This document shows, piece by piece, positions 47,235-58,449 of a DNA stretch of 64,000 bases. The stretch's first letter is position 1. Each line of letters begins with the position of its first letter. The notes beneath the pieces are model-generated. The model did no database searches and was not told the origin of the DNA. It saw only the letters and a list, made by a program, of their open reading frames with translations. The stretch lies in the IMG/VR virus record IMGVR_UViG_3300045988_039444. One strand, given 5' to 3'. The translations under genes were made by a program, and so were the position numbers. The DNA is from a virus.

Positions 47235-50200
47235 CTAACAAATTTTGTTATTATTGTCATCAATATATTTATCAATAAATTCGATTACATATCCACCGTT
47301 TGAAGATACAACATTTTTCTGATTATTCAAAACATTTTCAGAACTATTTGAAAAAACCTGACCAGTGGGCGTCAAACCCACTCCCCCACCGGGTATTACT
47401 ATGTTCGGGCCAATATCAGAAACATCAAGACTATTAAGTGTTTCAGAATTATTGTCATCAAACGTAATTTCACCGTCATCATCAAGGAAATCCAATTCAG
47501 CTTGAGCTGCTCTTTGATTTTCTGTCAGAGGTACATCAGATGTTTTAATAGGTTCCGTAACTGATAAATTATCATGTGTTGCATCATTTGTAACATTAGT
47601 TTGATTAGTTGTAACTGAGGTTGGCTCCGCTGCTGGGCTTCGCCCAGCGCTCCGCTCCCCGGTGGGAGAGGAGGTTGCACGCCCACTGGTCGGACTTTTT
47701 GCGCGTCGGCTATTCACACTATCCAAACTATTAATTACTATATTTCGTACATTACTAAGTAAACTATTATCTGTAATTGTATCTATACCAATAACAGAAA
47801 GAATTGCATCAATAATTTTATCCCAAAGACTTTTACGTTTCTTGATCTTCGGAGCTTCTTCTACGATAATTCTATTTGCCAAATTAGCAAACTGTTTATT
47901 TGTAAAAGCATAAGTAACTATTTCAGCAGGAGTTTCACTTAATATTTTAAGATATGTACGAAGATAACCAAGTTCAAGTTCAGTTAAATCGCTCTTATAT
48001 TTAGCATTAAATTCTTTAGCGTCAACCTTAAATGCGGTATCATTAATATCGCTAATTAATGTAGCAAGTTTATCGTATAATTCTTTAGAATTAGCTTGTT
48101 GTTCAAAATACTTATGAAGAGATTCATGAGTAATATTAACACCTAAATCAGTAGCAGTAAAATCACGTTTAGTAAGTTTATTACTATTGATAACGATAGT
48201 TTCAGTACCTTTATCATATTGAGCAATTATGAAATCTTGTTTACTCGATAGTTTCTTAATACTGAAATTAGTTTTACCATCAGCATAAATTCTATCATAT
48301 AATTCAGCGATTCTGTTAGCAACATCTTCAGATACAAAATCAGGTATAACACCTAATACCCTAAGACCTGCTACTTTATCATCTGTAATATTAACAAGTT
48401 TTTGATACCAGTTTGTTTCAGTATCACTTGTCATTGAACTTAATGTTGTAATTGCTTTAACAGCAAATTCTTTCGTCATATCTTCTGATTCTCGAATAGG
48501 ATTATCAGAACTTTCAGATTTAAGTTCAAAGAACATTGCAGGTTGAATAGAATCAATAGTATAATTGGTAACAACATTACCATTGGTATCTCTAATTCCA
48601 ATAACACTTGTTGTTAAAGCGCCGGTGTCAAGAATAAAATCTTGCATCGAATCAAATGTTGAAGAAACAGATTTATCAACGATACCTTGTTGTTTAGCCC
48701 AATCAAGTATTTTAGATTTATATTGACCTTTAACTGCTGCGTAACCATCATCTGTTTTAACACCATAAGTATAATGGTCGCCTTGCAATGCAGTAGTAAC
48801 ACTACGTTGCATATTACCATACAGTTTACGGAATAGATTATGATTAAGTAAATCAGTTAAATCTTTACCAGTAATACCTCTTGCTTGCAAATCAATTACA
48901 GCGTAAGTTCCTTTGTTAGATTTACTCTTTTCAATAATACCATTTAATTGAGCAAGTTCTCGTGCTGTAAAAGGACTCTTAGCAATACGAACTTTTGAAG
49001 TAGTTCTATTAACTGGAATTACTCTACGACTTAATCGAAGTTTAACAGGAGTAAATTTATCACCAGATTTAGTATATTCAATACTAATTCTATTGATATA
49101 ACTTATTCCATTTCCAAGTATATTCTTTTTACGAACAACTGTTTGGAAATCTAAATGTTTAATATAACGAGTTTTTCCAGTAGCAGGGTCTGTATTTTCG
49201 TAAAGAGAACTAATGTTAAACCATTCAGCTCCCGGAACTCCACGATTATAACTTGTAATGATAGCTTCTGATAAAGGAGCTAATCGACTACGAATATTAG
49301 CATTGTGAGCTTTAGTTCGAGTCTTATTAGTATCATCTACAAGAGTATACAGACCAGATTTAGCATCAGTCGGAAGAGATGTAAACGTAGCATCTGAAAT
49401 AATATCACTCATAGTTTGAGTAACAAATTCCATAGCAGCTACATTAAACGGTGTATCTGCAACATCACTTACTAAATTACCACGATGTAACGGAACATAA
49501 CTTTTTCCATTTTCACCAGCATTAGCTTGAATTTCAGCATACATTTGGAAATGCCTATCAGATGAAGTAATTTTATCTTCAACAATAGGATTATTAAATG
49601 CAGTGTCAGTAGTAAGTGATGAAACTAACATTAAACCATCAGCATCAGGCTGACGTTGAATAATATTAACAGCAGGTTTACCATTAACTGTAACAGTACG
49701 TTGCATCTCTTCATTTACATTAGCTCGATAACCACTTGAATCGGCAAATGTAATAGGAGATTTATTAATACCTTTTAATACTAAAATTGCAGAACCTTTT
49801 TCTTTAATTTCAGTAACAAGTTTTTGACTTTGAATAAAGTCATTTCCAAGTTTAGTATTTAGATTCTGATAAGCGTTCTTGATTCTAAGTCCATAACGAA
49901 CATAATCATTAAGATTTTTAAGTCTTACGTTATAAAACATAGGACTAATAAGATAATAAACCTTATTTAAATCAAGAGCTTCAATATCAAACGCTTCAGG
50001 ACTAACACCTTCGACTTCGGTATTATATTGGATAGCTCCAATAAAAGCATTGATTATTTCAGAATGTTCAGTTTTTGATGTATTACCATATTTATCTAAT
50101 TCTTTAATAATTGATTTCAGTTTTGAAACAACTGAATCAGAATTTTGTTGTTCACGAGTTAAGGCTTCAGTATATACTTTATAAAACTCTTTTGTTAAGT

Positions 50201-53200
50201 TAAATATTGTATCACTTCCACCAGCTTTTCTGATAATAGTATCTATAAATTTAGATGTTCCATAAGAATTACCAAAAGCAGAATCATATTGATTAACTCC
50301 ACTTTCATCAATTCTACCTAATTGGATTCCATGATAAGTTTCACTATCACCTAAACCAATTCGTTCAATTAATAGTTTCTTACCATTTACATCTAAATTG
50401 ACATCGACATTACCATCTTTATAAATAACTTCAAATTCCTGACCTTCGTGTAAAGTTCTTAAAGCATCAAATAATTCAGTAGCCTTGAATTTAACACCAT
50501 TAACTGTAATGTTGTTCTTAATAACACGAGTTTTAGGATTATAATATTCAGGACTTGTGATAATCTTATAAACTTCAGGTGTAAGACGACGTAAACCTTT
50601 GAAACCATTAGTTTCAAATTCACGTTGAATATGAGTTTTGAAGAAATCACTTAAAAACTTACCACGAAGATTTAAGTTACTATCAAGATAAGCACCGTCT
50701 GTTGTTTGAATAGGATTAGCAATTCGTTTATTAATAATATCAAACAAACGTTTAAGAGCATCAAGTTGTTCTTGTGGAACACCATTCTTACTCATTTGTT
50801 GATATATTGTATTAACATTTACATCATTTTTAAAATATTTAAGTGCATACCAGATAGGTTCATAATATTTGATAACATCATTACGACCATCTGTTTGCTG
50901 ATATATAGAATCAAGAATATCTTCGTAAGTATAAACGTGATTATCAGTAAATATCTGACGACCATCGAGTTTTACAATAGTATTTTCAATAGCATCAAGA
51001 GCATTACGCATTGAATCACTAATATAATAACGATAGTCATTAGTATTAAACTCATCTCTCGATTCAGTATCATCTATAAAGTCAGAAACACTGTTAGCAA
51101 GTACATCAAGACTATTAAGAATAGATACATCATCGTTTAATTCAGTACCACTTTCAAAATTATAATATCTCGAAAGAATAGAATAAGCCATTCGAGCATT
51201 TCTTAATAAATCAAGAACATTACTTTGACGAACAGCAGTAATAACATCCACACCAGTAAGATTCAAAGCATCAACATCAGATACCAAATAAGGTTGAATT
51301 GATTGAGCTAATGTATGAAGTCTTGTACGAGCAGGAAGATTAGGAACAGCACCATATTCTAAAAACTCTTTTGCTAAATTATTTACGGCAGTAGCAAATT
51401 CCATAATTTTAGAAGTTTGACTACCAAAGCCATCATCATTTACAAGAGCATCATGTAACGGACTATCTTCATCTTGTCTAATAGCACGAATTTTACTAAT
51501 AAATCTATTCATCACACTATTAATATATGCGATATTAGTTTTGTAAAATTCAGTTGTACTTTTAGCTACTTCATTAATAATACTATTTTTGAATAGAGTT
51601 ATCTTATGATAGAAATTTGAATATCTAACAGTATCAAAATTACTATTAAGATTTTCAAATTTAATTTGAGTAAGACCTTCAATTTGTGCTCGAATTACAT
51701 TATGGTCTACATTAATATTCTTAAGAGTTAATTTACCATCAGTTATAATATAATTATTGTTAAGAACATTAGCAACGTTAGCAATATAGTCAGTAATAGC
51801 TTCACGCATTTTAGCATTTTCCTCTTCACTATAACCAACTATATCACCACCGTAAAGATTCCAAATCCAATCTTTGAAAAGATTAGATTTAAGATTATTT
51901 GCAATACGGATATTGCTATCTGATAATAACTGTTTTACACGATTAGTTTTTTCTAAATTTTCATTACTAATTTCAGTAGGTTGATATTCATTTATCCAAC
52001 CAATAAAATTACCAATAATAGTAGTTCGTAACGTATTAAGTTCAGTATTATCAATAGGAGATAATAATGCTTTATAAGTATCACTATTAGAATCAGATAA
52101 TTCTTTATACAGATTTATAATAGTATCTAAATAATGATTCTCAAATTTATCTGCTGAAAGTTTATCTTGAATACTATAAAGTGTTTTATAAATAGCATCA
52201 AATTTAGTTTGAACTTCACTTCGAATTTCAGTAATATCCATACCTGCAAGTTCTTTTGCAGAATATGTATCTTCTTTACCAGTCGAATCATCTTTTATAG
52301 TAACCATTACAGCATTAAAATCGGTTTCGTCGTCGGTTACGACCTCGATTCTTTGCACGGTTTTGGGCGATTCTGCGACATTAAATTTTGAGCCTACCGA
52401 ATATACCTTATTTTTAATATCGACGGTATTTGGGGCCTCGCTGTCATCGAGAGAGTACGAAATCCCGTTACTGTCTGTTAGCACCTCGGTAGTAACATTT
52501 TCGGGTTCTTGACTTGCTTCTTGATTAGTAGTTTCAGTAGTTTCTTCTACTTTATCTTTAGCTTTTTCAATCTCTTCTTGTTTATCATAAACTTCTTTAA
52601 GTAACTTACTTCGTTCAGCCATAATCTCATCTCGATTATTAACATTTTCTTCGAGAGCCATTACAGCCATACTCAGTTGAGTTCGAGCTTCTTCAAGAGA
52701 TTTATATGTTTGATTATTGTTATTGCGAGTTTCACGCAAACGTTTTGCAGCTTCATTATATTCAGCTACATTGTTATTTTCACGTTCACTCTGTTTTGCA
52801 ATATCGCTATTAATTCTATTAAGTCTTGCATCGTAATCAGCTAAATCATTTTCAAATAATTCAATCTTCCTACGAGTATCAGCAATCTCACCATTATGAA
52901 TAGCAAGTTCTTGTTCGTATTGAAGTTTACCAACTTCTAATTCTGCAATAGCTTGACGAGCATTTGCAATTTGTTGTTGAAGACTTAAAATAGATTTCTT
53001 ACTATTTTTAATTTCAAGAAGATAAGGTTTACGAGCTTTACGATTAGGTTGTTTTGTACTAATAGCACCTTGATTAGCAATATAAGTATTTAACTCATCA
53101 ATTTGAGATTGTAAACCATTGATTGTATCTTCAATAGTTTTAATCTTATTTACTAATCGAGTACGCTTACCTTTAAGTGTACTAATCGCTTTATTACGAG

Positions 53201-55211
53201 TTTTATCTTCAAGCTGAGTTTTATAATCTTCAATAACTTTTTGCAGTTCTTCACGTTCTTGTTCAAGAACAGTTTTTTCTACATTTAAACTATGAAGTTT
53301 ACTATCAATAGCTTTAAGGGCTTCATCTCGTTGCTTACGAAGATTAGACGCTTCAATATCGAAAGTTTGAATATCAGTATCAACGATAGCTAATTGACGA
53401 CGATAATAGTCAAGTAAATAATCATCAGTTGATGCCTGAACTTTAAGAACATTGTCGAAAGGATTACCCCAACTTAAACCCATATTACGAGCATGAATAT
53501 CTCGCATAATAGTAAATTCTCTACGAAGAGCATCTACGACAGGTCGTTTATTAGCACCGTAAACTTCTTCAAGTTGAGCATCTGATAATTTACTTAATTC
53601 ATCAAAATATTCAACAGCATAATTGAATCCATTAGCAGAACCAATTCTACCCATAATACCAACAAGTAAATTTGAAGCAGGGTCAGTAATAGTTCTATTA
53701 ACTTTCGGAGTACCATCATTATTCATAACTTGATTACCAGCTTCATCTAAAACTGGTATTTCAGTTACTTTAATATTCATATCACCGTCAAAATCAGCAA
53801 TAGCTGCGGCAGTATCTTGAATACCATTTATAATGTTAGTAGCTCGCTTATTTTCAGCTTCTTGTTGAGCTTTACCATTAAGTATTCGTGTAACACCACT
53901 ACGTCCAGCAGACATTACACCACCACCGATAGCACCCCAAATAAAACTATCCCATGAAGAAGCTTGTTCAACAAGTCTTCCCATACGAGCTAACGGAGTT
54001 AAATCAGCAGTTTCATCTTCAATTCCAAGTTCTTTCTTTGCGGCAACGACACCTTCATTAAGTGCCATATCAACTCGCATTTCTTCAAGACCTTCAGATA
54101 AAGCAACAGAAAAGAAATCTTTTGTTTTACGAAGTCCAATACTCGGAATAAGTTTACGATTAAGTTTAGATGCTTCACTATCTAAAACAAAAGTCTTACC
54201 TTGTTGTGCAAGACCTTTTATATTACTTCTTAAACCCTTTTCAATAGAAATACTATTAACTGGAGCTTCTCTAATACCACGAAGCATACTATTGAGTTCA
54301 ATAGCATTAAATAATACTCCATAAGCCCAAGCATCATTGTAACTTTCAGAAGCATAAACAGATGCAAACTTACGAGCATCATCTTCACTGAAACCTAAAT
54401 CGAGAGCATATTGATATTGTTCATCATAACCACGAACAATTTCTTCCATACTATCGAGATGTGCTCCGTATAAAGTACCAATTATCTGTTGAGTATAAGG
54501 ATTTTGTAATGCACGACCTGCTTTATTCAATGCAGAACCTAAACGGCCAACACCGTTAATCATGGTTCCTAATTTACCAACAGCTTGTAAAGCTCGCATT
54601 TGTCCAATAACAGGAAGCATAGATGCGGCCGCAGAACCTACGGTAGGAAACATACTTGCCCACCAAGTAGCATCACCCATACCACCAGCAAAACCACCTT
54701 TTTGAGCTTGTTCTGTTTGATAAATAGGAATTGCTTTACGACCCCAATTTTCAATATCTTTACCTATTCTCTGCCATTCAGAACCAAGACCTTCGTTGAT
54801 AGCTTTGTCCCATTTATATTTGGCATTATCATCCCATATTTGACTAATAGCACGATATGTAGTAGGAAAGAAATTAAGAATACTACCAATACCAGTAATA
54901 GTACCACCGAAAATAGTAGTTCCTAATTGACCAATAGCATTTTTAGTTAAATACCAACCACTTTGATTTTGTGCTCTATTTTCGTTAAGAACACTTAAAT
55001 CAAGATTAGGATTAACTTGACCTCGACCTAATATATTTTCGTATTCAGAAATATTAAAAGGTCGAATTGAAGATTGTTTTGCACCACGAGCTTTTTCTAT
55101 TTCCATGCTCGGTAAAACAGGAGTAGCTCCTACTCCAGAAACTTGTGTTTCAACCGGAGTAAGAGCTTGAGAACCTGTAATAGGAATCTTAATATCTGTT
55201 AAATTTGGCAT
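47235..55211 (-). CDS. giant virion-type protein (2658 aa) with canonical-looking DFDGD motif, long central coiled coil; candidate RNAP catalytic subunit or ejected/tape-measure-like protein
   Basis: AAAIADFDGDMN is encoded at 53781-53798 (cf. RNAP beta-prime NADFDGD). There is a ~500-aa heptad-rich segment. Its stop lies 3 nt before the start of the 4392-aa gene. Confidence 0.85.
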   Translation of the reverse strand: MPNLTDIKIPITGSQALTPVETQVSGVGATPVLPSMEIEKARGAKQSSIRPFNISEYENILGRGQVNPNLDLSVLNENRAQNQSGWYLTKNAIGQLGTTIFGGTITGIGSILNFFPTTYRAISQIWDDNAKYKWDKAINEGLGSEWQRIGKDIENWGRKAIPIYQTEQAQKGGFAGGMGDATWWASMFPTVGSAAASMLPVIGQMRALQAVGKLGTMINGVGRLGSALNKAGRALQNPYTQQIIGTLYGAHLDSMEEIVRGYDEQYQYALDLGFSEDDARKFASVYASESYNDAWAYGVLFNAIELNSMLRGIREAPVNSISIEKGLRSNIKGLAQQGKTFVLDSEASKLNRKLIPSIGLRKTKDFFSVALSEGLEEMRVDMALNEGVVAAKKELGIEDETADLTPLARMGRLVEQASSWDSFIWGAIGGGVMSAGRSGVTRILNGKAQQEAENKRATNIINGIQDTAAAIADFDGDMNIKVTEIPVLDEAGNQVMNNDGTPKVNRTITDPASNLLVGIMGRIGSANGFNYAVEYFDELSKLSDAQLEEVYGANKRPVVDALRREFTIMRDIHARNMGLSWGNPFDNVLKVQASTDDYLLDYYRRQLAIVDTDIQTFDIEASNLRKQRDEALKAIDSKLHSLNVEKTVLEQEREELQKVIEDYKTQLEDKTRNKAISTLKGKRTRLVNKIKTIEDTINGLQSQIDELNTYIANQGAISTKQPNRKARKPYLLEIKNSKKSILSLQQQIANARQAIAELEVGKLQYEQELAIHNGEIADTRRKIELFENDLADYDARLNRINSDIAKQSERENNNVAEYNEAAKRLRETRNNNNQTYKSLEEARTQLSMAVMALEENVNNRDEIMAERSKLLKEVYDKQEEIEKAKDKVEETTETTNQEASQEPENVTTEVLTDSNGISYSLDDSEAPNTVDIKNKVYSVGSKFNVAESPKTVQRIEVVTDDETDFNAVMVTIKDDSTGKEDTYSAKELAGMDITEIRSEVQTKFDAIYKTLYSIQDKLSADKFENHYLDTIINLYKELSDSNSDTYKALLSPIDNTELNTLRTTIIGNFIGWINEYQPTEISNENLEKTNRVKQLLSDSNIRIANNLKSNLFKDWIWNLYGGDIVGYSEEENAKMREAITDYIANVANVLNNNYIITDGKLTLKNINVDHNVIRAQIEGLTQIKFENLNSNFDTVRYSNFYHKITLFKNSIINEVAKSTTEFYKTNIAYINSVMNRFISKIRAIRQDEDSPLHDALVNDDGFGSQTSKIMEFATAVNNLAKEFLEYGAVPNLPARTRLHTLAQSIQPYLVSDVDALNLTGVDVITAVRQSNVLDLLRNARMAYSILSRYYNFESGTELNDDVSILNSLDVLANSVSDFIDDTESRDEFNTNDYRYYISDSMRNALDAIENTIVKLDGRQIFTDNHVYTYEDILDSIYQQTDGRNDVIKYYEPIWYALKYFKNDVNVNTIYQQMSKNGVPQEQLDALKRLFDIINKRIANPIQTTDGAYLDSNLNLRGKFLSDFFKTHIQREFETNGFKGLRRLTPEVYKIITSPEYYNPKTRVIKNNITVNGVKFKATELFDALRTLHEGQEFEVIYKDGNVDVNLDVNGKKLLIERIGLGDSETYHGIQLGRIDESGVNQYDSAFGNSYGTSKFIDTIIRKAGGSDTIFNLTKEFYKVYTEALTREQQNSDSVVSKLKSIIKELDKYGNTSKTEHSEIINAFIGAIQYNTEVEGVSPEAFDIEALDLNKVYYLISPMFYNVRLKNLNDYVRYGLRIKNAYQNLNTKLGNDFIQSQKLVTEIKEKGSAILVLKGINKSPITFADSSGYRANVNEEMQRTVTVNGKPAVNIIQRQPDADGLMLVSSLTTDTAFNNPIVEDKITSSDRHFQMYAEIQANAGENGKSYVPLHRGNLVSDVADTPFNVAAMEFVTQTMSDIISDATFTSLPTDAKSGLYTLVDDTNKTRTKAHNANIRSRLAPLSEAIITSYNRGVPGAEWFNISSLYENTDPATGKTRYIKHLDFQTVVRKKNILGNGISYINRISIEYTKSGDKFTPVKLRLSRRVIPVNRTTSKVRIAKSPFTARELAQLNGIIEKSKSNKGTYAVIDLQARGITGKDLTDLLNHNLFRKLYGNMQRSVTTALQGDHYTYGVKTDDGYAAVKGQYKSKILDWAKQQGIVDKSVSSTFDSMQDFILDTGALTTSVIGIRDTNGNVVTNYTIDSIQPAMFFELKSESSDNPIRESEDMTKEFAVKAITTLSSMTSDTETNWYQKLVNITDDKVAGLRVLGVIPDFVSEDVANRIAELYDRIYADGKTNFSIKKLSSKQDFIIAQYDKGTETIVINSNKLTKRDFTATDLGVNITHESLHKYFEQQANSKELYDKLATLISDINDTAFKVDAKEFNAKYKSDLTELELGYLRTYLKILSETPAEIVTYAFTNKQFANLANRIIVEEAPKIKKRKSLWDKIIDAILSVIGIDTITDNSLLSNVRNIVINSLDSVNSRRAKSPTSGRATSSPTGERSAGRSPAAEPTSVTTNQTNVTNDATHDNLSVTEPIKTSDVPLTENQRAAQAELDFLDDDGEITFDDNNSETLNSLDVSDIGPNIVIPGGGVGLTPTGQVFSNSSENVLNNQKNVVSSNGGYVIEFIDKYIDDNNNKIC
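47361..47400. repeat. GC-rich element copy 9 (F orientation, core-only) embedded in-frame in the 3' end of the 2658-aa gene
   Basis: Core at 47365-47393, translated as PGGGVGLTPTG. Confidence 0.85.
47620..47695. repeat. GC-rich element copy 10 (R orientation; hairpin + core) embedded in-frame in the 2658-aa gene
   Basis: Core at 47658-47686, translated as SPTSGRATSSPTGERSAGRSPAAEP. Confidence 0.85.
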
Positions 55212-55215
55212 ATGT

Positions 55216-58200
55216 TTAATATCCTATATTAGCATTATTAATTCTATTGTTTTGAATAGCTTCTGCTGCTTCTTGCATATCAAGAAGTATTCCATATTGT
55301 GTTAATACATATTCAGAAATAGGTCTTAATGCTTCATTAATTGTATCATAATATTGAATATTGTTAGTGGTAATACCATTTATAGTATAAAGACTATTCG
55401 GAATAGCATTATATCCAAACTGACCATAATGAACAGAACCGTCAGTATATGTTAATCCACTAATATCTTTTATATAATAACCTTGCGTAGTTCTACCGAT
55501 TTCAACTTTACGACTATTTCCATCAATAGAATTATTAAAAGGTTCGTGAATATTCAAATTATATTCAACTTTACCTAAATCATCAACAGTTCTTTGAAGG
55601 TCTGCGATATTTGCAACAGCAGGACTATTGTTAGCACCAGTGGTATCGAAATCAATAAATCCCGAAGCGTATTGAGATTCAATCATTCCAGCACTACGTT
55701 GTAAACCTTCACCACCAATTTTAGCATAAGGTTTAATATTACGGTAATTATCAAGAATTTGACGAGCAATAGTAGATGGGTCTATTTGTTCAGAGAAAAT
55801 AATATTACCACGAGCAGCACCGGTTTCATCGAAAAGAGTAATCGCATATTCATTACGGCCTTCACGAGCTGCAATTCCATTAGCAATTGGACTAACCTCA
55901 GTCTTATAAATATCATAATCAAGACCAAGTTCTTTACCCGAAAGAGGTTTAGAATTTTTAGTAGCATTACTCTGACGAGTTACACTTGTACCTTTCGAAT
56001 TAATAGTAGTCGAAGTAGGGAACGCATCAAAGTTCATGTACTTAGCTAATTGCATTCCGGTAAGACCAATACCTTCTCCAGACGAAGTTTGAACAACGCT
56101 AATATTACCAGCACCTTTTTTCCAATTTACCATAGCAGCTGCCATGTAATTTTGTTGGAATCTTGAAGGATTAGCAATAATCTCACGAGTTGCTGTAAAT
56201 TCAAGAGGTGCATCAGCAATAGCTTTACGATAACGATTTGAAACATTATCTGCTGCATTAGACAAAGTAGATTCAAACTCTTCTTTTGTCAGCATATCAC
56301 CAAGATATTTAGCTCCAGTTGTTACACCATCTTTTCGTACCCAAGTACTACTATATGTTTCAGGATTATAAAGTTCTTTATAATTTTGATTTATATAATC
56401 AACATATTTATCATAACTATCAAGTCTGTTATCAAGAATAATTTTAGCTTCTTCGTTATTAACTCGATACCAACCTATACCACCTTCAATCTTATCTCGA
56501 TGTTTATTCCAAGTATCAAATATAGAATTAAGTTGAATTTCGTCAGAACGAAGTTTAGCTTGAAGATTATTATAATTACGTTGAGCAGTCTGAACTTGTA
56601 AGAGTTTACCTTTAAGATTAGCTGCTGTTTCTTCATCAAGACCTGCTGAATCAACTAATCTTTCAGCAGTAGAAATATTTAGTGTTTTAACAATATTACC
56701 ATCTCCCGGATTAAGACCTAAAATTCCAAGTTCATCAGATGTAAATATCTGATTCATAGAATTTGAAAGTTTAGTCATTTGGTCAGTAATTTCATTACGA
56801 CGATTAATGTTTTCTGCAACACTATCACCAGTAACTTCAAAACCACCTAATGTATCAAGATACGGAGCATATTGTTGAAGAGTTTCAAGTTCTTGTTGCT
56901 TACCTTTTGCACGAGCTTTAACATAAGCTGTATAACCGGGATTAGCAATTAAACCAACCGTAGTCTTAATATCTTGATAAGAATATAAACCTGCGGCAGC
57001 ACCAGCTAAACTTTGAATATTATTGTTAATAAATTGACCAGACAAAACACTTTGTGTAAAAGCTGTTCTATCAAGATTCTCAATATCATCAGTAGCACCA
57101 AGTACACCCTTAGCGTAACTTTCAAACATTTTATCTACATAATTCTGTAAACCAGCTTGAATAAGTTCAGGTGGAACTTGAACTTTATTCTGTAATATAT
57201 CGAGAACATTAACTCCATATTCCTTATTAACAGTATCTAACAAAGTTTTAACTTCAGCAGGTAATTTAGAATTAACAGTAAACTTACCGTCTTTTGTAGG
57301 AGCACCAAGTTCATTTACGTTAATACCTAAACCATTAAGAGCGAACATTGTAGGATTACCAGCGAATAAAGGAGCATAATCTTCTAATTCATAATCTCTT
57401 AAATGTCCACCAGCAGAACTATCATCTTTTACAAATCGAGTAAGAGCATCTTGATTCTGCCAAATAGTAGTAAGATAATTAGTATAATCAGGATTAGATT
57501 TGAGTAATGACATAGCATAACTCATAATCTCTTGCTCTGTAATACCTTCTCTTTCACTACCAGTTTTAACAAAGTGACTTGCTAACTTTTCACCATCGAA
57601 ACCTGTTGCAACATCTAATCCATACTGACGTATCATATCAGGATTAGTAACAAGATTTTCAAATGATACTTTATCAGCTTTAGCTTTTGAAAGAATATCA
57701 AATACGTCTTTTTGATATTTATTTACATCGAACTTTTTACCGATTTGAACTCCGTTAAAACCACCGCTTACAACAGTATTAGTTTCTGCATCATAAACAA
57801 TATCAGAAGATTGTAAACGACTACGAAGCAAGAAAGCATTTTGATTTTGAGTATCCCAATCACTCTTTTTCAAATCTTCTATATATTGCTGTTCTAAAGC
57901 GTAATCAGCTTGAACAGCTTTAAGACCTTCATTAGTCAGAATATTCTCAGTTTGCTTATAAATATAATCATCTGCTGCAAACCAATTATCTTGTTCCTTA
58001 AATTCATTAGCACCTTCAACAATCTTAGCTCTTTCAGAATCAAGGACTTTTTGTCCACGAGAAGTTACTTTAATTTGACTTAAAGGATTAGCAATTCTGT
58101 TAATATATGCTTCACGATTTTGGTAATACTTTTGATTCAAAGCATTTCCAACAGCAGCATATACACTTCCATAATCTTGTAATTGTGGAGTTTTTAATGT

Positions 58201-58236
58201 ATTAGTATCGTATCGACCTATTGCAATTTCTGCCAT
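55216..58236 (-). CDS. large structural/virion protein (~1006 aa)
   Basis: The track ORF's first 36 codons are a translation of GC element copy 11. The likely start is MAEIAIGRYD at 58236. Confidence 0.8.
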   Translation of the reverse strand: MAEIAIGRYDTNTLKTPQLQDYGSVYAAVGNALNQKYYQNREAYINRIANPLSQIKVTSRGQKVLDSERAKIVEGANEFKEQDNWFAADDYIYKQTENILTNEGLKAVQADYALEQQYIEDLKKSDWDTQNQNAFLLRSRLQSSDIVYDAETNTVVSGGFNGVQIGKKFDVNKYQKDVFDILSKAKADKVSFENLVTNPDMIRQYGLDVATGFDGEKLASHFVKTGSEREGITEQEIMSYAMSLLKSNPDYTNYLTTIWQNQDALTRFVKDDSSAGGHLRDYELEDYAPLFAGNPTMFALNGLGINVNELGAPTKDGKFTVNSKLPAEVKTLLDTVNKEYGVNVLDILQNKVQVPPELIQAGLQNYVDKMFESYAKGVLGATDDIENLDRTAFTQSVLSGQFINNNIQSLAGAAAGLYSYQDIKTTVGLIANPGYTAYVKARAKGKQQELETLQQYAPYLDTLGGFEVTGDSVAENINRRNEITDQMTKLSNSMNQIFTSDELGILGLNPGDGNIVKTLNISTAERLVDSAGLDEETAANLKGKLLQVQTAQRNYNNLQAKLRSDEIQLNSIFDTWNKHRDKIEGGIGWYRVNNEEAKIILDNRLDSYDKYVDYINQNYKELYNPETYSSTWVRKDGVTTGAKYLGDMLTKEEFESTLSNAADNVSNRYRKAIADAPLEFTATREIIANPSRFQQNYMAAAMVNWKKGAGNISVVQTSSGEGIGLTGMQLAKYMNFDAFPTSTTINSKGTSVTRQSNATKNSKPLSGKELGLDYDIYKTEVSPIANGIAAREGRNEYAITLFDETGAARGNIIFSEQIDPSTIARQILDNYRNIKPYAKIGGEGLQRSAGMIESQYASGFIDFDTTGANNSPAVANIADLQRTVDDLGKVEYNLNIHEPFNNSIDGNSRKVEIGRTTQGYYIKDISGLTYTDGSVHYGQFGYNAIPNSLYTINGITTNNIQYYDTINEALRPISEYVLTQYGILLDMQEAAEAIQNNRINNANIGY

Positions 58237-58274
58237 AATTTTATAATGATTAGTTTGTAAATTAGTTGTAACTC

Positions 58275-58352
58275 GTATGGCTCCGCCTGCTGGGCTTCGC
58301 CCAGCGGCTCCGCTCCCCGGTGGGGCAGGAGGTTGCACGCCCACTTGTCGCG
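58275..58352. repeat. GC-rich element copy 11 (R orientation; hairpin + core + TTGTCGCG)
   Basis: Core at 58316-58344. Confidence 0.9.
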
Positions 58353-58449
58353 CGTGTTTGTACCACTATTTGTATCATTACAAATATACAAAAAATCGTG
58401 AATATCGGACTATCCTATAAAAGAATAATCCGATATATCACGCATCATA

